NCBI RefSeq assembly: GCF_018350175.1
Contig: NC_058368.1
Span: 215,762,001-215,826,000 of the forward strand
Direction: 5' to 3'
DNA: 64,000 nucleotides
Source: Felis catus
Taxonomy: Eukaryota
Under the pieces are notes generated by a model. The model saw nothing but the letters and a program-made list of their open reading frames with translations, was not told the DNA's origin and did not search any database. Position numbers and translations under genes: made by a program. Shown here in pieces: positions 51,377 through 62,779 of this stretch (position 1 is the first letter of the stretch; every line of letters begins with the position of its first letter).

Positions 51377-51529
51377 CCTGAGAAATAAGACTTAAAAAAA
51401 CAAAAACAAACAAACAAACACTTTGGTAACATATAGAGAAAATCTACTTAATTTTCAAACTGCGAAAAAAATAAAAAGCACCATATTTCATTTCTATGCA
51501 GTGACCAGCAAGAAGACCGAATGGGAAGC

Positions 51530-51865
51530 CGTCAGTGATGGGCGTGAAATCCAGGGGAGTGTGGAGATGTGGGGGGTGCAAAACAGACTTTCAAGAGGAG
51601 AGGTAAAGTCCCAATGCCACAGGCAGCATAGGTATTTAATGATACCGATGTAGCATTTTGACAGAATGATGTTCGAAAGGCGTCCATGGAAAACTTGGAG
51701 AGATTTTGCAGGTGGCGGATATAAACAATCTTTTCTAGACTGAAGAGGAAGCGAAGGGATAGGATATTACAGGAAGGAAAGAGGGTCCCAAACCTGCTTT
51801 TTATTTGCATGTTTGCTTTTTTTGGGAAGTGAGATAAAATATAATGTTTACGCATGATAGGAAGG
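51530..51865 (-). mobile_element. L2 internal fragment
   Basis: gaaatccaggggagtgtgg...tttcaagaggag...atataaacaatcttttt...atgtttacgcatgataggaagg. Confidence 0.55.
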
Positions 51866-53699
51866 AGTAACAAATAACTGAGAAGTGTAAAGAAAATGAA
51901 AACATGTCAAAAGATAAAAGTATGTCAGACATTGACATCAGATTACATTAAGAATGCTTCCACACATGCTTAGTTTCCAGGATTCGACTAATAGCAAAGA
52001 TTTATTTAGATACATTGTTGCATTAAAATTATAGATAAGTATACACACACACTTTTTTCAATTAAATTATAATTAAACTATTTTTCTCAGGAAATATATG
52101 GTCAAAAGAGATACTCATATTACTTATTTAACTTTGTTCTCACCTATTACTTAGAATGATTTTAAGATTGTCATGTAGACAGAGGCTTAGGTTTTAAAAA
52201 TTGATCTGGTTATTCCACAGGTTTTTATACTTGTCAGTCTAACTCACCCAGCTGTATTGGTCAATTTAAGGAGATTAAAAACTTTCCATATATGAAAATA
52301 TTTGTTTACCCTGATCCCACAGTCACTAGGTTTACAGCATTATTTATTTTTCTTTTTTCACGATGACTTTGCATTATTACACAATCTTGCAGCCTGGCCG
52401 GGTCCTCTCCAGTTGCTCAAATGAGGATTTATTACTTATATGTTGCCACATCTTACTCATTTTTAATCGAAATAAATGCAACTGAAGATAGCTGCAGTGT
52501 GCCAAGGCCAAGATTCTTCTGCAATATGCTCTCATTCTTACGTTTTTACCTATTCTTATTCTGAGGAAATTGTATGCATCTGCAATCGAAATGATCCAAA
52601 TATGTGGCCCACGTGAATTGAAAGAAGAGCTGGAGAGAACTGTTAGGAATAATTTGCGGATGACAACATCTTCTCCAGTGCCAAGTGCCTCCACAATTGT
52701 AGGTTGTGAATACACTACTCAATTTCATGCTATTTCCTTTCTCAAAGAAAACACAGCATGACTTGAAAAAGGTAAAGGTAATTTATCCCAGCCAGTCAAC
52801 AGCTTGCAGAAACTATTTCATATAATCTTGGTATGACAGGACAGCAAGGTGGCTGTTTCCCTCTTTATATCATCATTAGGGGAGCAAGGGTCAGGGTTTG
52901 CTGACATATTCTACCAAATAGCACATGGAAAACATTTGTGGCACATGAAGAATTGCCAGAGAACAGTTTTTTACACCAGTCATCCGACAGGAATGTGTTA
53001 GATGCTTTTACTTGTGTCGTGCAAGCTTTACAAAAATACTAAATTTCAGAATTATCATCTTAGGAGGTGAAATAGTCATGGTGTTTATTCGTAGAGAGCT
53101 GCTGATGAACTTGTTATTTGCAGTTAAGCCATCCACATAATTCTATTAGCTTTTTTATAACTTGTTATTGTAAAGATGATAGCGGAGATGTATTAAGACC
53201 TGACTAAAGAGTGTAGTGGGAATGGATGGGGAAGGAGAAGCATTGGAAGACAATCCAAAACAATCCACAGCTTCTATTGTCATCTGCCTCTTTTATTCAA
53301 AAGCACTCTTATTTCAAAAAGTTGGAATTTTAGAATCATCCAGACAAACTCACAACTTTTCTGAATGTTTTATCTCCTCAACCCACATAATCTGTCTCTT
53401 TATTTTTTTATCTCCCACGCTGCCTTGTATGGTAATGCCACATGAATTAATTTTACTAAGTAGGAGATGATATAGCAATGTTAATATGGTAATAAGTTAA
53501 TAAGTTATCTCATTCTTTTTATATCAGAAAGAGAACATGCATCCATTCCAGGTGAATTTCCTCAAGATAATTGAGTACACCTTTGTAGATAGTGGATACA
53601 TTCATTTGGGAAAGAAAAAAAAAAAGACTTAGACTAACACAAATACGGAAAACAGTCCTACTTCATTTTTCTCATCAACTGATTTTTCTATTAAAGTAT

Positions 53700-54390
53700 T
53701 TTTTACTCTTTCTCTCCCAATACGCCCTATTTCTGCTTCGCATTTAGCCGAAGACCATGCTAAATGCTTCACAGAGACATGAAATCAGAAGAAAGGTACC
53801 TAACTTCCCACCATCGCTTAAGCTAACCTATTTGATCCCATTTCTGGATCTTCTGCCTTCCTTTTATTGCAGGGAGAATTGCCTGGGCTCCCTTTTTCCA
53901 ATCCACTTGTAATTTTGGCTCTGCACCTTATCTCTTTTCACCATTTAAAAGCCTTTGTGACTGCAAGTATTCCCTTTTACTTGCCTCAAAACTTTGCCCA
54001 ACTTTATTTTGATTGTTGCCATAATATTCAGCAAACTGAGATATTTGCCTATACTTACTATATTTGCATAATACTCATTCTACCCGTCACCCACTGTGAT
54101 TGGAGTCTCATCCTCCAAACCGCTTTGAACAACATGATTAGTGCTAATAATCAAATTTCCATCTGCAATTGCACCTATCAGTAACAATTGCTGTCTGAAA
54201 ATTAGACATCTGGCTTAACAACATCTGCTTAAAATAAGTACAAAAGAACTTTATTAAGAACATTTTGAAAGTAATAGACAATGGCTGAGAAGGGTGCTTG
54301 CCACATTTCTAAGAACCATAACCAAAATCTCCCTTTGGAATGTTTCCTTGAAGAAATGGCACTACTAGATACTTCAGCTTAATCCAGAAG
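53700..54390 (+). mobile_element. L2 fragment
   Basis: gcttcacagagac...aatccacttg...cccactgtgattgg...gacatctggcttaacaacatct...aaatggcactac. Confidence 0.5.
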
Positions 54391-54520
54391 CATCGCTGGG
54401 AAGGTACTTCTAGATGCCAGCATAAGCACCACTGACACCGGTCATCAAGAGAGAAATCTTGCTGGAACTGCCATTGCTGTGAGAATGAAGTTTATGTGGC
54501 TGCAGAATCTTTGTCTCACA

Positions 54521-54741
54521 TTAAAAAAATTTGTGTGTGTGTGTTTTATTTATTTTTGAGAGCAAGAGAGACAGAGCACAAGCAGAGAGGGACAGAGAGA
54601 GAGGGAGACATAGAATCCGAAGCAGGCTCCAGGTTCCGAGTTGTCAGCACAGAGTCCAACGCGGGGCTCAAATTCACAGACCAAGAGATCATGACCTGAG
54701 TCGAAGTCGTATGCTTAACTGACTGAGCCACCCAGGCACAC
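54521..54741 (-). mobile_element. Can-SINE (SINEC_Fc-type)
   Basis: gaatccgaagcaggctccagg...gagatcatgacctgag...gagccacccaggcac; TSD core ttgt(c/g)tcac. Confidence 0.94.
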
Positions 54742-54759
54742 TTGTGTCACTTTTTTTTT

Positions 54760-54895
54760 TTAAAGCCCAGATTAAGAACATCTGATTGTCAGACCCTAGT
54801 AGGCCAGGTGTTCTAGCTCATTCTTTAAGTTTTGAAAAAGTGTCTCTCTGGACTTACCTGCTTCTACTGTGATAAGGAGGCTTTGCCTCCTATTT
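54760..54895 (-). mobile_element. Old MaLR LTR piece (MLT1L/M/N-like)
   Basis: catctgattgtcagaccctag...ctgcttctactgtgataaggaggctttgcctcc. Confidence 0.4.
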
Positions 54896-55783
54896 ACATT
54901 AATAATGTAAGGTGTTTCCCAAGCATTGCAACCGGGCATAAGAAAAATAAAAATAGAAAAATGAAAATAAATCAGGGAAAAGAAGGAAAAGGAAAAAGGG
55001 AAGAAAAATTAAGGGAGAAAACAGACCCTACATTCCACATCATTGACTTTCCAATGAAAACTACACATTTCTTTCATCTTAACTAATAAAAATCATTCTT
55101 CTCCAGCATAATTCAAATATGTTTCATAATATTGGACACCCATTCTTTAGCTCTCCAAAGGGGAGAAAATACAAATTCATATTATTTATTGCACTCAAGT
55201 GAACATATAGTTTATCTTAGTGATGACTTTTTCTCTAGTCCCTCATAGTTCATCTGAAAAGTCACTAACCTATGGATTAAGTGATAATGTAATTATCTCT
55301 AAGACAATATATATAAAATTGATAGGTAAGAGATAGGAAAAATAATATTTAACATAAACAAAACAGACTTTTTTGAGCTCCACAAAGAAGAAAACATAAA
55401 AATACTTCATTAATTCTAATATTAATGGTAGTGAATCTATATTTTATGATTTCTTTTCTCTACTATTTATTCCATGTTTCCTTTAACTTTAGTTTGATCA
55501 TTAATCAGTCATCCTTCTTTATCAAAGAATATGATTACAACTTCTCTTCAGAGGAATGCAAACATTCTGTTTTTCTTCGTTTAGTTTTTTTTTTTAACTT
55601 TTACTACTAGACAGGCAGTACTAAGATATACAGATGCAATTGCTTGAAGCCCATTCATACAATTATTTTTCATCCTTCTGCAGTTGCAGCCACGCTTCCG
55701 AAAGTCACAATGGTTTATGTCAGCCAAAATCATGCTCTATTTTTTTCTTGCCCTTTCCTGTTCTCCCTAAAGAATGAAAAAAG

Positions 55784-55791
55784 GAAAGAAA

Positions 55792-55876
<85 letters not shown>

Positions 55877-55878
55877 AA
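55784..55878. repeat. (GAAA)n tetranucleotide STR
   Basis: About 20 mostly perfect units. Confidence 0.97.
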
Positions 55879-56573
55879 AAACTGATAGGGACACAACTCC
55901 AAACTCAGAATGGTTGTTGTTTCTGGGTTATGTAATGGAGATAAACTCTGTGATAATTAGCTTGCCAGCCTGTTTTTGCTGTAAAGATCCTTTTTATTTT
56001 ATAAAATAATCAGTGATTAAATAATTTAATAAAGCAAGCGAAGAGGCTTCTGAGGGCAGCACTGACTAAAGAGAAAACAAATACAAACTATAAGTAAGTA
56101 TATACTGTCAAAACCATGCTAGATGTAATTTACTTACTCAGTGTAATTTACTTAATAGAGCTATTACACAGCTGCTGGGCTCCCCCAGAGTATAGTACTT
56201 TCTCAGGGAATCCAGAGAGAGTTTCACTTCTGGAAGTTTAGATTACACTTACTGTATACTACCTTGTTAAGAAGATCCTAGTCTTTATTTCTTATTAAAG
56301 AAATAGCCATTGAACAAGGACTAGGTAACTAGAAATGAGCCATCTTGATAATCATAAGGCAACTCATCTAGTCTAATTGTTTATGAAGACCTTGTTATAG
56401 CTCTTTTGGCAAGTCTCATGAGACTCATATTTTGACCTAAGAATTTCCCAAACCTTTTTGTCTTAAATGCTCCAAAATTATTCCCTGCAAGCCTTGATCA
56501 TGCTAACAAGTCATTAATTAATGATAATAAAAATTGTTGTTATATATATCTCACACATTACTTGATTAATCTT

Positions 56574-56817
56574 AGTAACTATTTTTAAATTTGTTTAATG
56601 CTTATTTATTCTTGGGAGAGGGGGAGAGAGACAGAGACAGAGAGAGAGCATGAGCAGGGGAGGGGCAGAGAGAGGGAGGGAGACACAGAATCTGAAACAG
56701 GCTCCAAGCTCCAAACTGTCAGCACAGAGCTTGATGTGGGGCTTGAAGTCATGAACTATGGGATCATGACCTGAGCCAAATTCTGACTCTCAACCAACCG
56801 AGCCACCCAAATGCCCT
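56574..56817 (-). mobile_element. Can-SINE
   Basis: Canonical body; TSD core cttgattaa. Confidence 0.94.
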
Positions 56818-56833
56818 CTTGATTAACATTATA

Positions 56834-57070
56834 TAGTGGTTGGCAAATGTTTTCTGCAAAAAGCCAACTAGTAAATATTTTAGGTTTTGTAAGCGGTAAA
56901 GAGTCTTTCCCAATTGATCAAGCCTGTTATTGTAGTGTGAGAGCAGCCATAGAGAATATGGAAACTAAATATAGTTGTTATGTTCCAATAAAACTTTATT
57001 TACTAAAAACATAATAAAAAAATAATTGGAAGATTGGATTTGGCTTATAGACCATAGTTTGCTGTTTTCC
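56834..57070 (+). mobile_element. MER58A hAT-Charlie MITE
   Basis: ggttggcaaatgttttctg...agtaaatattttagg...agcagccataga...tgttccaataaaactttattta...ggatttggc...catagtttgctg; terminal ggcaaa / tttgct inverted repeat. Confidence 0.85.
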
Positions 57071-57569
57071 AAAATCCAATTGCCTTCTGTGCTGGCCAAG
57101 CAAGCATATTAAAAAGGATTGTGCAAGGAGTTCCATTCAGCATATTTGAGGTTCTTGTAATTAAAATGTATTATTCACTTTAGATCCATTATTGTGTTGG
57201 ATTTATCATTTTATGGAAGGTGTATCTCAGATGGCATCTGCTTCATTGTTCCTATTCTAAATACCAATATTATAGCATAAGCCAAGAAGCTTTATGGATG
57301 TTGTGTAAGTTTCTTACTAGAACTGCAAAAGTATATTAAAATAATAGTGGGACACATCATACTTGGTTCAACTGAACTCCATGAGGAATACTCACATTAG
57401 AAATATAAATATCACCTTACCTCTATAAAGCCCCATTTTAAAAGGTGGATTACAATGGAATTCTCAGTCTTTAGAGCCTGGGTCTAGTAATCTCTATTTA
57501 ATTATGTTGTTTTTCTTTCTTAATTTGCAGGCCTCCTACTAAATGGCTAAAGGCAATTTAAGAATAGTA

Positions 57570-57953
57570 ATTTATAGGCTGAATTATGTTCCCCCAAAAT
57601 TCATACGTTGAAGTTCTAACCTCTAATACCTCATAATGTGACTGAATTTGGAAACTGAGTCATTGCAGAGGTAATAAGTCAAAATAAGATCATTAGGTTG
57701 GCCCTAATCCAATATGACTGGTGGCCTTACAGGAAGAGGAAGTTAGGGCACAGACACACAGGGAGAAAACCATGTGAAGACAGAGGGAAAAGATGACCAT
57801 CTATAAATCAGGGAGAGAGGCTTCAAAATAATTCAGCTTTACTGAGACCTTTGTCTCAGTTTTCTAGCTTCTAGAAATGCACAGAAATAAATGTCTGTGT
57901 TTAAGTCAACAAGTCTGTGGCGTTTTGGTATGAGAGTCCTAGCAAACTAATAG
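57570..57953 (+). mobile_element. MaLR solo LTR, MLT1A/B-like
   Basis: gctgaattatgttcccccaaaattcatacgttgaagttctaacc...ggccctaatccaatatgactggtg...ccatgtgaagacagagg...agaaataaatgtctg...cctagcaaactaata. Confidence 0.88.
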
Positions 57954-58031
57954 AGAGAAATTTAATTTCATTTGTTATATTATCCAAGGTCTTTCCTCAA
58001 GTTACTAACTTCTCTTTGTTTAAAGAGTCTG

Positions 58032-58088
58032 TTTTTAATTTTTTTAATATTTATTTATTTTTGAGGGAGGGAGAGAGAGAAACAGAAA

Positions 58089-58124
<36 letters not shown>

Positions 58125-58322
58125 CAGACAGAAAGAGACAGAGAGAGAGATAATGTGACCAGGAGAAGGGGCAGAGAGAGAGGGAGACACAGAATCTGAA
58201 ACAGGCTCCAGGTTCTGAGCTGTCAGCACAGAGCCCAATGCAGGTCTTGAACCCCCAAACCATGAGATCATGACTTCAGCCAAATTTGTATGCTTAAGCA
58301 GCTGAGCCACCCAGCCTCCCCA
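58032..58322 (-). mobile_element. Can-SINE with expanded (GA)/(GAGACA)n tract
   Basis: gagacacagaatctgaaacaggctccagg...gagccacccag. Confidence 0.94.
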
Positions 58323-58898
58323 GAGAATCTATGTTTTTAGAGATCTCAAATCAGGGAATTAGATTATGGACTATGGTTCTTAATCTTGAAGGCTCCATGT
58401 AAATTTAGGAGAAACTAAATTCAAGATGATAGATGATAGATAGATGATACATATTATAGATTGATCTTTAGTTCTAAAATACTCTTGTTCAATTTTCCAA
58501 TGGCAAAGCCTAATTTGAATCATAGCTTTCAAATTACTATATTTGGAGACACAGGCATTAGGAGAATTGTTTTTTTCCTTGAAAAGAGGTCCCTTGTGCC
58601 AGGTAATTTCTGTTTTTTTTTTTTAATTTATTTTATTTTTATTTATTTATTTATTTTAACAATGTAAGAAAGTCCTCATGAGACAGAAGAAGTGAACTTG
58701 TACTTGCTGTTAAGGGAGGCTCAATATGTATTAAACATTAAGGATTTTTTGAGTTCTACAAAATCTTGTATAGAATCACATTCTGTTTCTCTTTCTCTCT
58801 CTCTCTTTCTCATCTATCTATGGGTCTTTCTATGACTTACTTAAAATGTCTATTATCTGTTGCAGCCACAGCGCTGAGAAAAACTTTTAAAAGTTTGA

Positions 58899-59078
58899 GA
58901 GGCACCAAAGCAACCCTCTTTGGCTCAGGTCATGGTCTCTGGGTTCATGAGTTCAAGCCCCCCATTGGGCTCTCTGCTGTCAGCACAGAGCCTGCTTTGG
59001 ATCCTCTGTCTCCTTCTCTCTCTGCTTCTCTCTCTCTCTCTCTCTTTCTCAAAAATAAATAAATACTAATTTTTTTTT
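58899..59078 (+). mobile_element. Can-SINE with deleted head
   Basis: ggctcaggtcatggtctc...gagttcaagccc...(CT)n aaaaataaataaa; TSD aaagtttga. Confidence 0.9.
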
Positions 59079-59263
59079 AAAGTTTGATTCTGCAAATTTA
59101 TTAATTGTAGCATTAGTTCAATTTATAGGCTCACAAAGTGTTTATTGAAATCATTCGTGTTCAACTCCTCAGAGCTATCTCATAGTCTACTAGTTGATTA
59201 TCACTGCTTTTGGGGTTGATACAAGCAGATGACAAATTGCAGATTCCCTCTTAGGACCTTTTA

Positions 59264-59323
59264 CTCCTCCTCCTCCTCCTCCTCCTCCTCCTCCTCCTCC
59301 TCCTCCTCCTTTTTCTTCTTCTT
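59264..59323. repeat. (CCT)n(CTT)n microsatellite in place of a SINE tail
   Basis: About 15 CCT units then CTT units. Confidence 0.95.
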
Positions 59324-59496
59324 CAGACAGAAAGAGAATGAGCTGGGGAGAGGGGCAGAGGGAGACAGAGAAAGAACATTAAGCAGGCTCCTTGCTGAGC
59401 ATGGAGTCTGATACGGGGCTCAATCCTATGACCTTGGGATCATGACCTGAGCTAAAATAAAGTCAATGCTCAACCATCTTAGCCATCCAGACACCC
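59269..59496 (-). mobile_element. Can-SINE (first of tandem pair)
   Basis: aggggcagagggagacagag...aagcaggctcc...ggatcatgacctgagct...gccatccagacaccc. Confidence 0.9.
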
Positions 59497-59513
59497 TAGA
59501 ACCTTGTACTTCT

Positions 59514-59747
59514 TTTTAAATTTTTAAAAATATTTTATTTATTTATTTTTGAGAGAGAGAGAGACAGAGACATAGACAGAGAGCATGTGTGCATGCAAAC
59601 CAGGGAGGGGCAGAAAGAGAGGGAGACAGAGAATCTGAGAGCTCCAGGCTCTAAGCCATCAGTGCAGAGCCTGACAAGGGGCTCGAACTCATGAACTGTG
59701 AGATCATGGCCTGAGGGGAAGCCAGACGCTTAATGGACTGAGAACGG
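59514..59747 (-). mobile_element. Can-SINE (second of tandem pair, head trimmed)
   Basis: tttatttatttattttgagagag...gctccaggctc...gggctcgaactcatgaactgtgagatcatg. Confidence 0.92.
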
Positions 59748-59769
59748 CCTTTTACTTCTAATTCCAACT

Positions 59770-60357
59770 TTTATATTGTAAGAGTTTTTGATTGTAAACA
59801 CTGAAGTACTGCCTAGTGAGTCAATAAAAGGAAAAAAAAATAAGATCTTTGATGATTCACAAAATTGTTGGGATACTTAGAGAGTCATTCTTAGAAGCTA
59901 TACAACCAGGGATCATGCCCAGAATCCCTCCACAAAGCTGGTTTAACAGAGAAACCACGGCCACCTTGTCAGAACTCTAGATATTGCAGCTTGAACCACT
60001 GTTAGTGGGCTGCTAACACAAGTAGCCCTTTATCCCGGAAGATGCTCCCAACGCTACTTCTACTGTTGCTTAAGGAGCTTAAACACAATACAGCCACCAC
60101 TGTTGCCAGAGAGGATCATCTACTATTGCTGACAATTCTTTTGATTATAATCTGTTGAATGAAAATCGAGGGCATATGCTCCTGATTGCAAGAGCATTAG
60201 CCCTGTGCCCTACTACTGATGCAAGTTAGCCAGGGAAACTGATGTTTTGGTATTTGTATACTCTACAGTGAGAGACATACATTGCCTTGACCAAGAACCA
60301 AACACAAAAACGTGTTTTTGATGCCCTATAGCCAAAATAATCACAATATCATCTACA
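59770..60357 (-). mobile_element. Old MaLR LTR (MLT1M/N-like)
   Basis: ttttgattgtaaac start; cctgattgcaagagc...tgcaagttagccagggaaactga; ends catctaca. Confidence 0.45.
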
Positions 60358-60429
60358 TCATATTATTATCAGTATACCACCCCACCCTAAAAACAAATGA
60401 ACCAACAAAGCTATTTATCAATTAATAAA

Positions 60430-61150
60430 TCATAACCTATCCACCTGGACCACCAATCTCAGACATCTGTGATGTATCTTGCCCTTACATTCTGCATCCA
60501 ATTCAATAGGAAGTCCTTTCAAATCTATTTCCAAAGAGATCTAACCCTTACTACTTGTTCCACTACAGATTTTTTTCAAGCCACCAATGTTGAGATTCCA
60601 GATACAATATCCTATCAAGTCTCCATGGCTCCTGTCTTCCCACCCTACAAACTACTACGAAGTAGGGAGAATGATCATTTAGAGGCTCAACTAACATGAG
60701 GTTGTTGTTCTGTTTTAAACCCCCCATTGCAAACCTAAAACTATTCTAACCTCTTACCATGTCCACAAACCTTACATCACCTACTCTTTGCCTTATTATC
60801 CACACTGATTTACTACTAATTCTGTGCTCCCTTACATTTCCCTTTTTGTTTCTCAGATCGTTTCTATTTCATGTTCTCTTTTTGAGAAAATACATTTTTA
60901 TCTTCGGAACTCCTTTTCTTTTTCTGGGAAGTTAATTCACAGATATTTACTTGGGTTTCTTCTTGTTATACAAAATGAGAGATCAAATATAAGTTGCAGA
61001 AGGTTGTATTCCTCAACTAGCCCTGCTTCATTTTACATTCTTCACAGCCTTAATAAGGAGGCAAGGACTCTCTCTCTCATGTTTACAGATGTAACCACTT
61101 TGACTATAATTGTGAGTTTTGCAGGGTAAGTACTCAATAAACACATTTGC
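60430..61150 (+). mobile_element. L2a 3' portion
   Basis: catccaattcaataggaagtcc...caagccacca...gaggcaaggact...gtaagtactcaataaacacatttg terminus. Confidence 0.65.
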
Positions 61151-61572
61151 CTGGTAAGTCTAAATCCTAACCTTTAACCACAAAATAATCTATTAATCCA
61201 AATAAGTGCTGAGAACCAAGAATGTTAGTGCAGTCCGGGAAGCTCATTTTTAGTAGTGTCTTAAGGAGTTGTACCAGTCTTGTCTGTTCTTATTGTTTAT
61301 ATTTTAAGGAGGTAGAGAATGTATAGAGACTTTTTGAAATAATAAGAATATTCACAATTTTCAGGTATTCTGTATACATCAAAATTTATTAGAAATTCCA
61401 TATGTTGTATTAATAATTTGAATTAAATGTACTATATCAACCTTGCAGAGAAGATGGATGCATTAGAACTGAGTAACAAAGTTACTATTGGAGTTTTCAT
61501 CCTGGAATCATTTGCTCAGCATCTTGAGTGATTCTGGGTTGACTTATAAAAGATTGTTCTTTGTCATATTCT

Positions 61573-61796
61573 TTTTTTTTTAATTTTTTTTTCAACGTTT
61601 ATTTATTTTTGGGACAGAGAGAGACAGAGCATGAACGGGGGAGGGGCAGAGAGAGAGGGAGACACAGAATCGGAAACAGGCTCCAGGCTCTGAGCCATCA
61701 GCCCAGAGCCCGACGCGGGGGCTCGAACTCACGGACCGCGAGATCGTGACCTGGCTGAAGTCGGACGCTTAACGGACTGCGCCACCCAGGCGCCCC
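61573..61796 (-). mobile_element. Young SINEC_Fc
   Basis: Near-consensus with CpGs intact; perfect 15-bp TSD tctttgtcatattct (61558-61572 / 61797-61811). Confidence 0.98.
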
Positions 61797-62574
61797 TCTT
61801 TGTCATATTCTAAATTACTTTTAATCTTTTGAAAATAGATAAAAAAATTTTTAGTTACCAAAAATTTAGATGGAGCTAATTAGAATAAATTTTAATATGA
61901 TAAACAATACAAAATAGTCAAATTGGCATCAACGTGGAGAAAATTGTCATCATTCTGGCAAGATGAAATATAAAAAGGGTGACTAAAAAAAGGAACCTGA
62001 AGACTAGAAATATTACAAAGTCTATTTGAATTGATACTTTTGAGGAAAAAATACTTAAAAAGAGAAATGGAGTCTCTGTATTAATAAAACTTCTCTGGAA
62101 GCTGTTGACAATAGAAGCCGTTGACAATTATCAGAAGGAACTGCGGTGTGACCACATCTGCTATACATTTCCAAATAAGGACAATGCATTTTAGAATAAA
62201 TGTTTGACTAGTTAAAATACATAGAAGAGGCAAACATACCAGGAGGAATTTGAATGGCCTAAGAGCAATGGCTGATAAAATGAGACACAGTGGTACAAGG
62301 GTAATTAAGAGGAGATGTTTTCATATTCTAAGCATATTTTTAAAAAAAACATCTATGATATAAAATGATAATTTCATACAGCCTGCAATTCGAGAGGTCA
62401 GAACAAGCACCACAGAATACAAGGTCGGCATGAGGGTGAATTCAGTTTAATAAAACAAAGATTGGAACTCTTTATTTATGAGTCCAATAAACCGGCCTTT
62501 CAGTAAAGTTTCTTCCCGTCTAAGTCAAAGTGGCTGGAGAAGTCCCTTCTACATCTAGAAACAGGCCAGACTAT

Positions 62575-62779
62575 GGGCACCTGGGTGGCTCAGTTGGTTA
62601 AGTGACTGACTCTCGATTTCGGCGCAGGTTGAGATCTCAGTGTTCGTAAGTTCGAGCCCTGTGTCTGGCTCTGCGTGGACAGTGCCTACTTGGGATCCTC
62701 TCTCTCTCTTCCTCTCTGTGTCCCATCCCCGCTTACACACTCTGTCTCTCTCAAAATAAATAAGCATTAAAAAAAAAAA
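62575..62779 (+). mobile_element. Can-SINE
   Basis: gggcacctgggtggctcagttggttaag...agttcgagccc...(CT)n, aaaataaataag, A tail. Confidence 0.94.

Noticed and set aside
55644..56009. KERK-repeat ORF
   Set aside because: Translation of the (GAAA)n STR.
59229..59411. Poly-Ser ORF
   Set aside because: Translation of the (CCT)n microsatellite and an antisense SINE.
54390..60430. One L2 split by an LTR-internal-LTR provirus (similar old MaLR pieces at ~54.8 kb and ~60 kb)
   Set aside because: The pieces are too decayed to pair by eye, and no internal MaLR sequence or TSD is recognisable.
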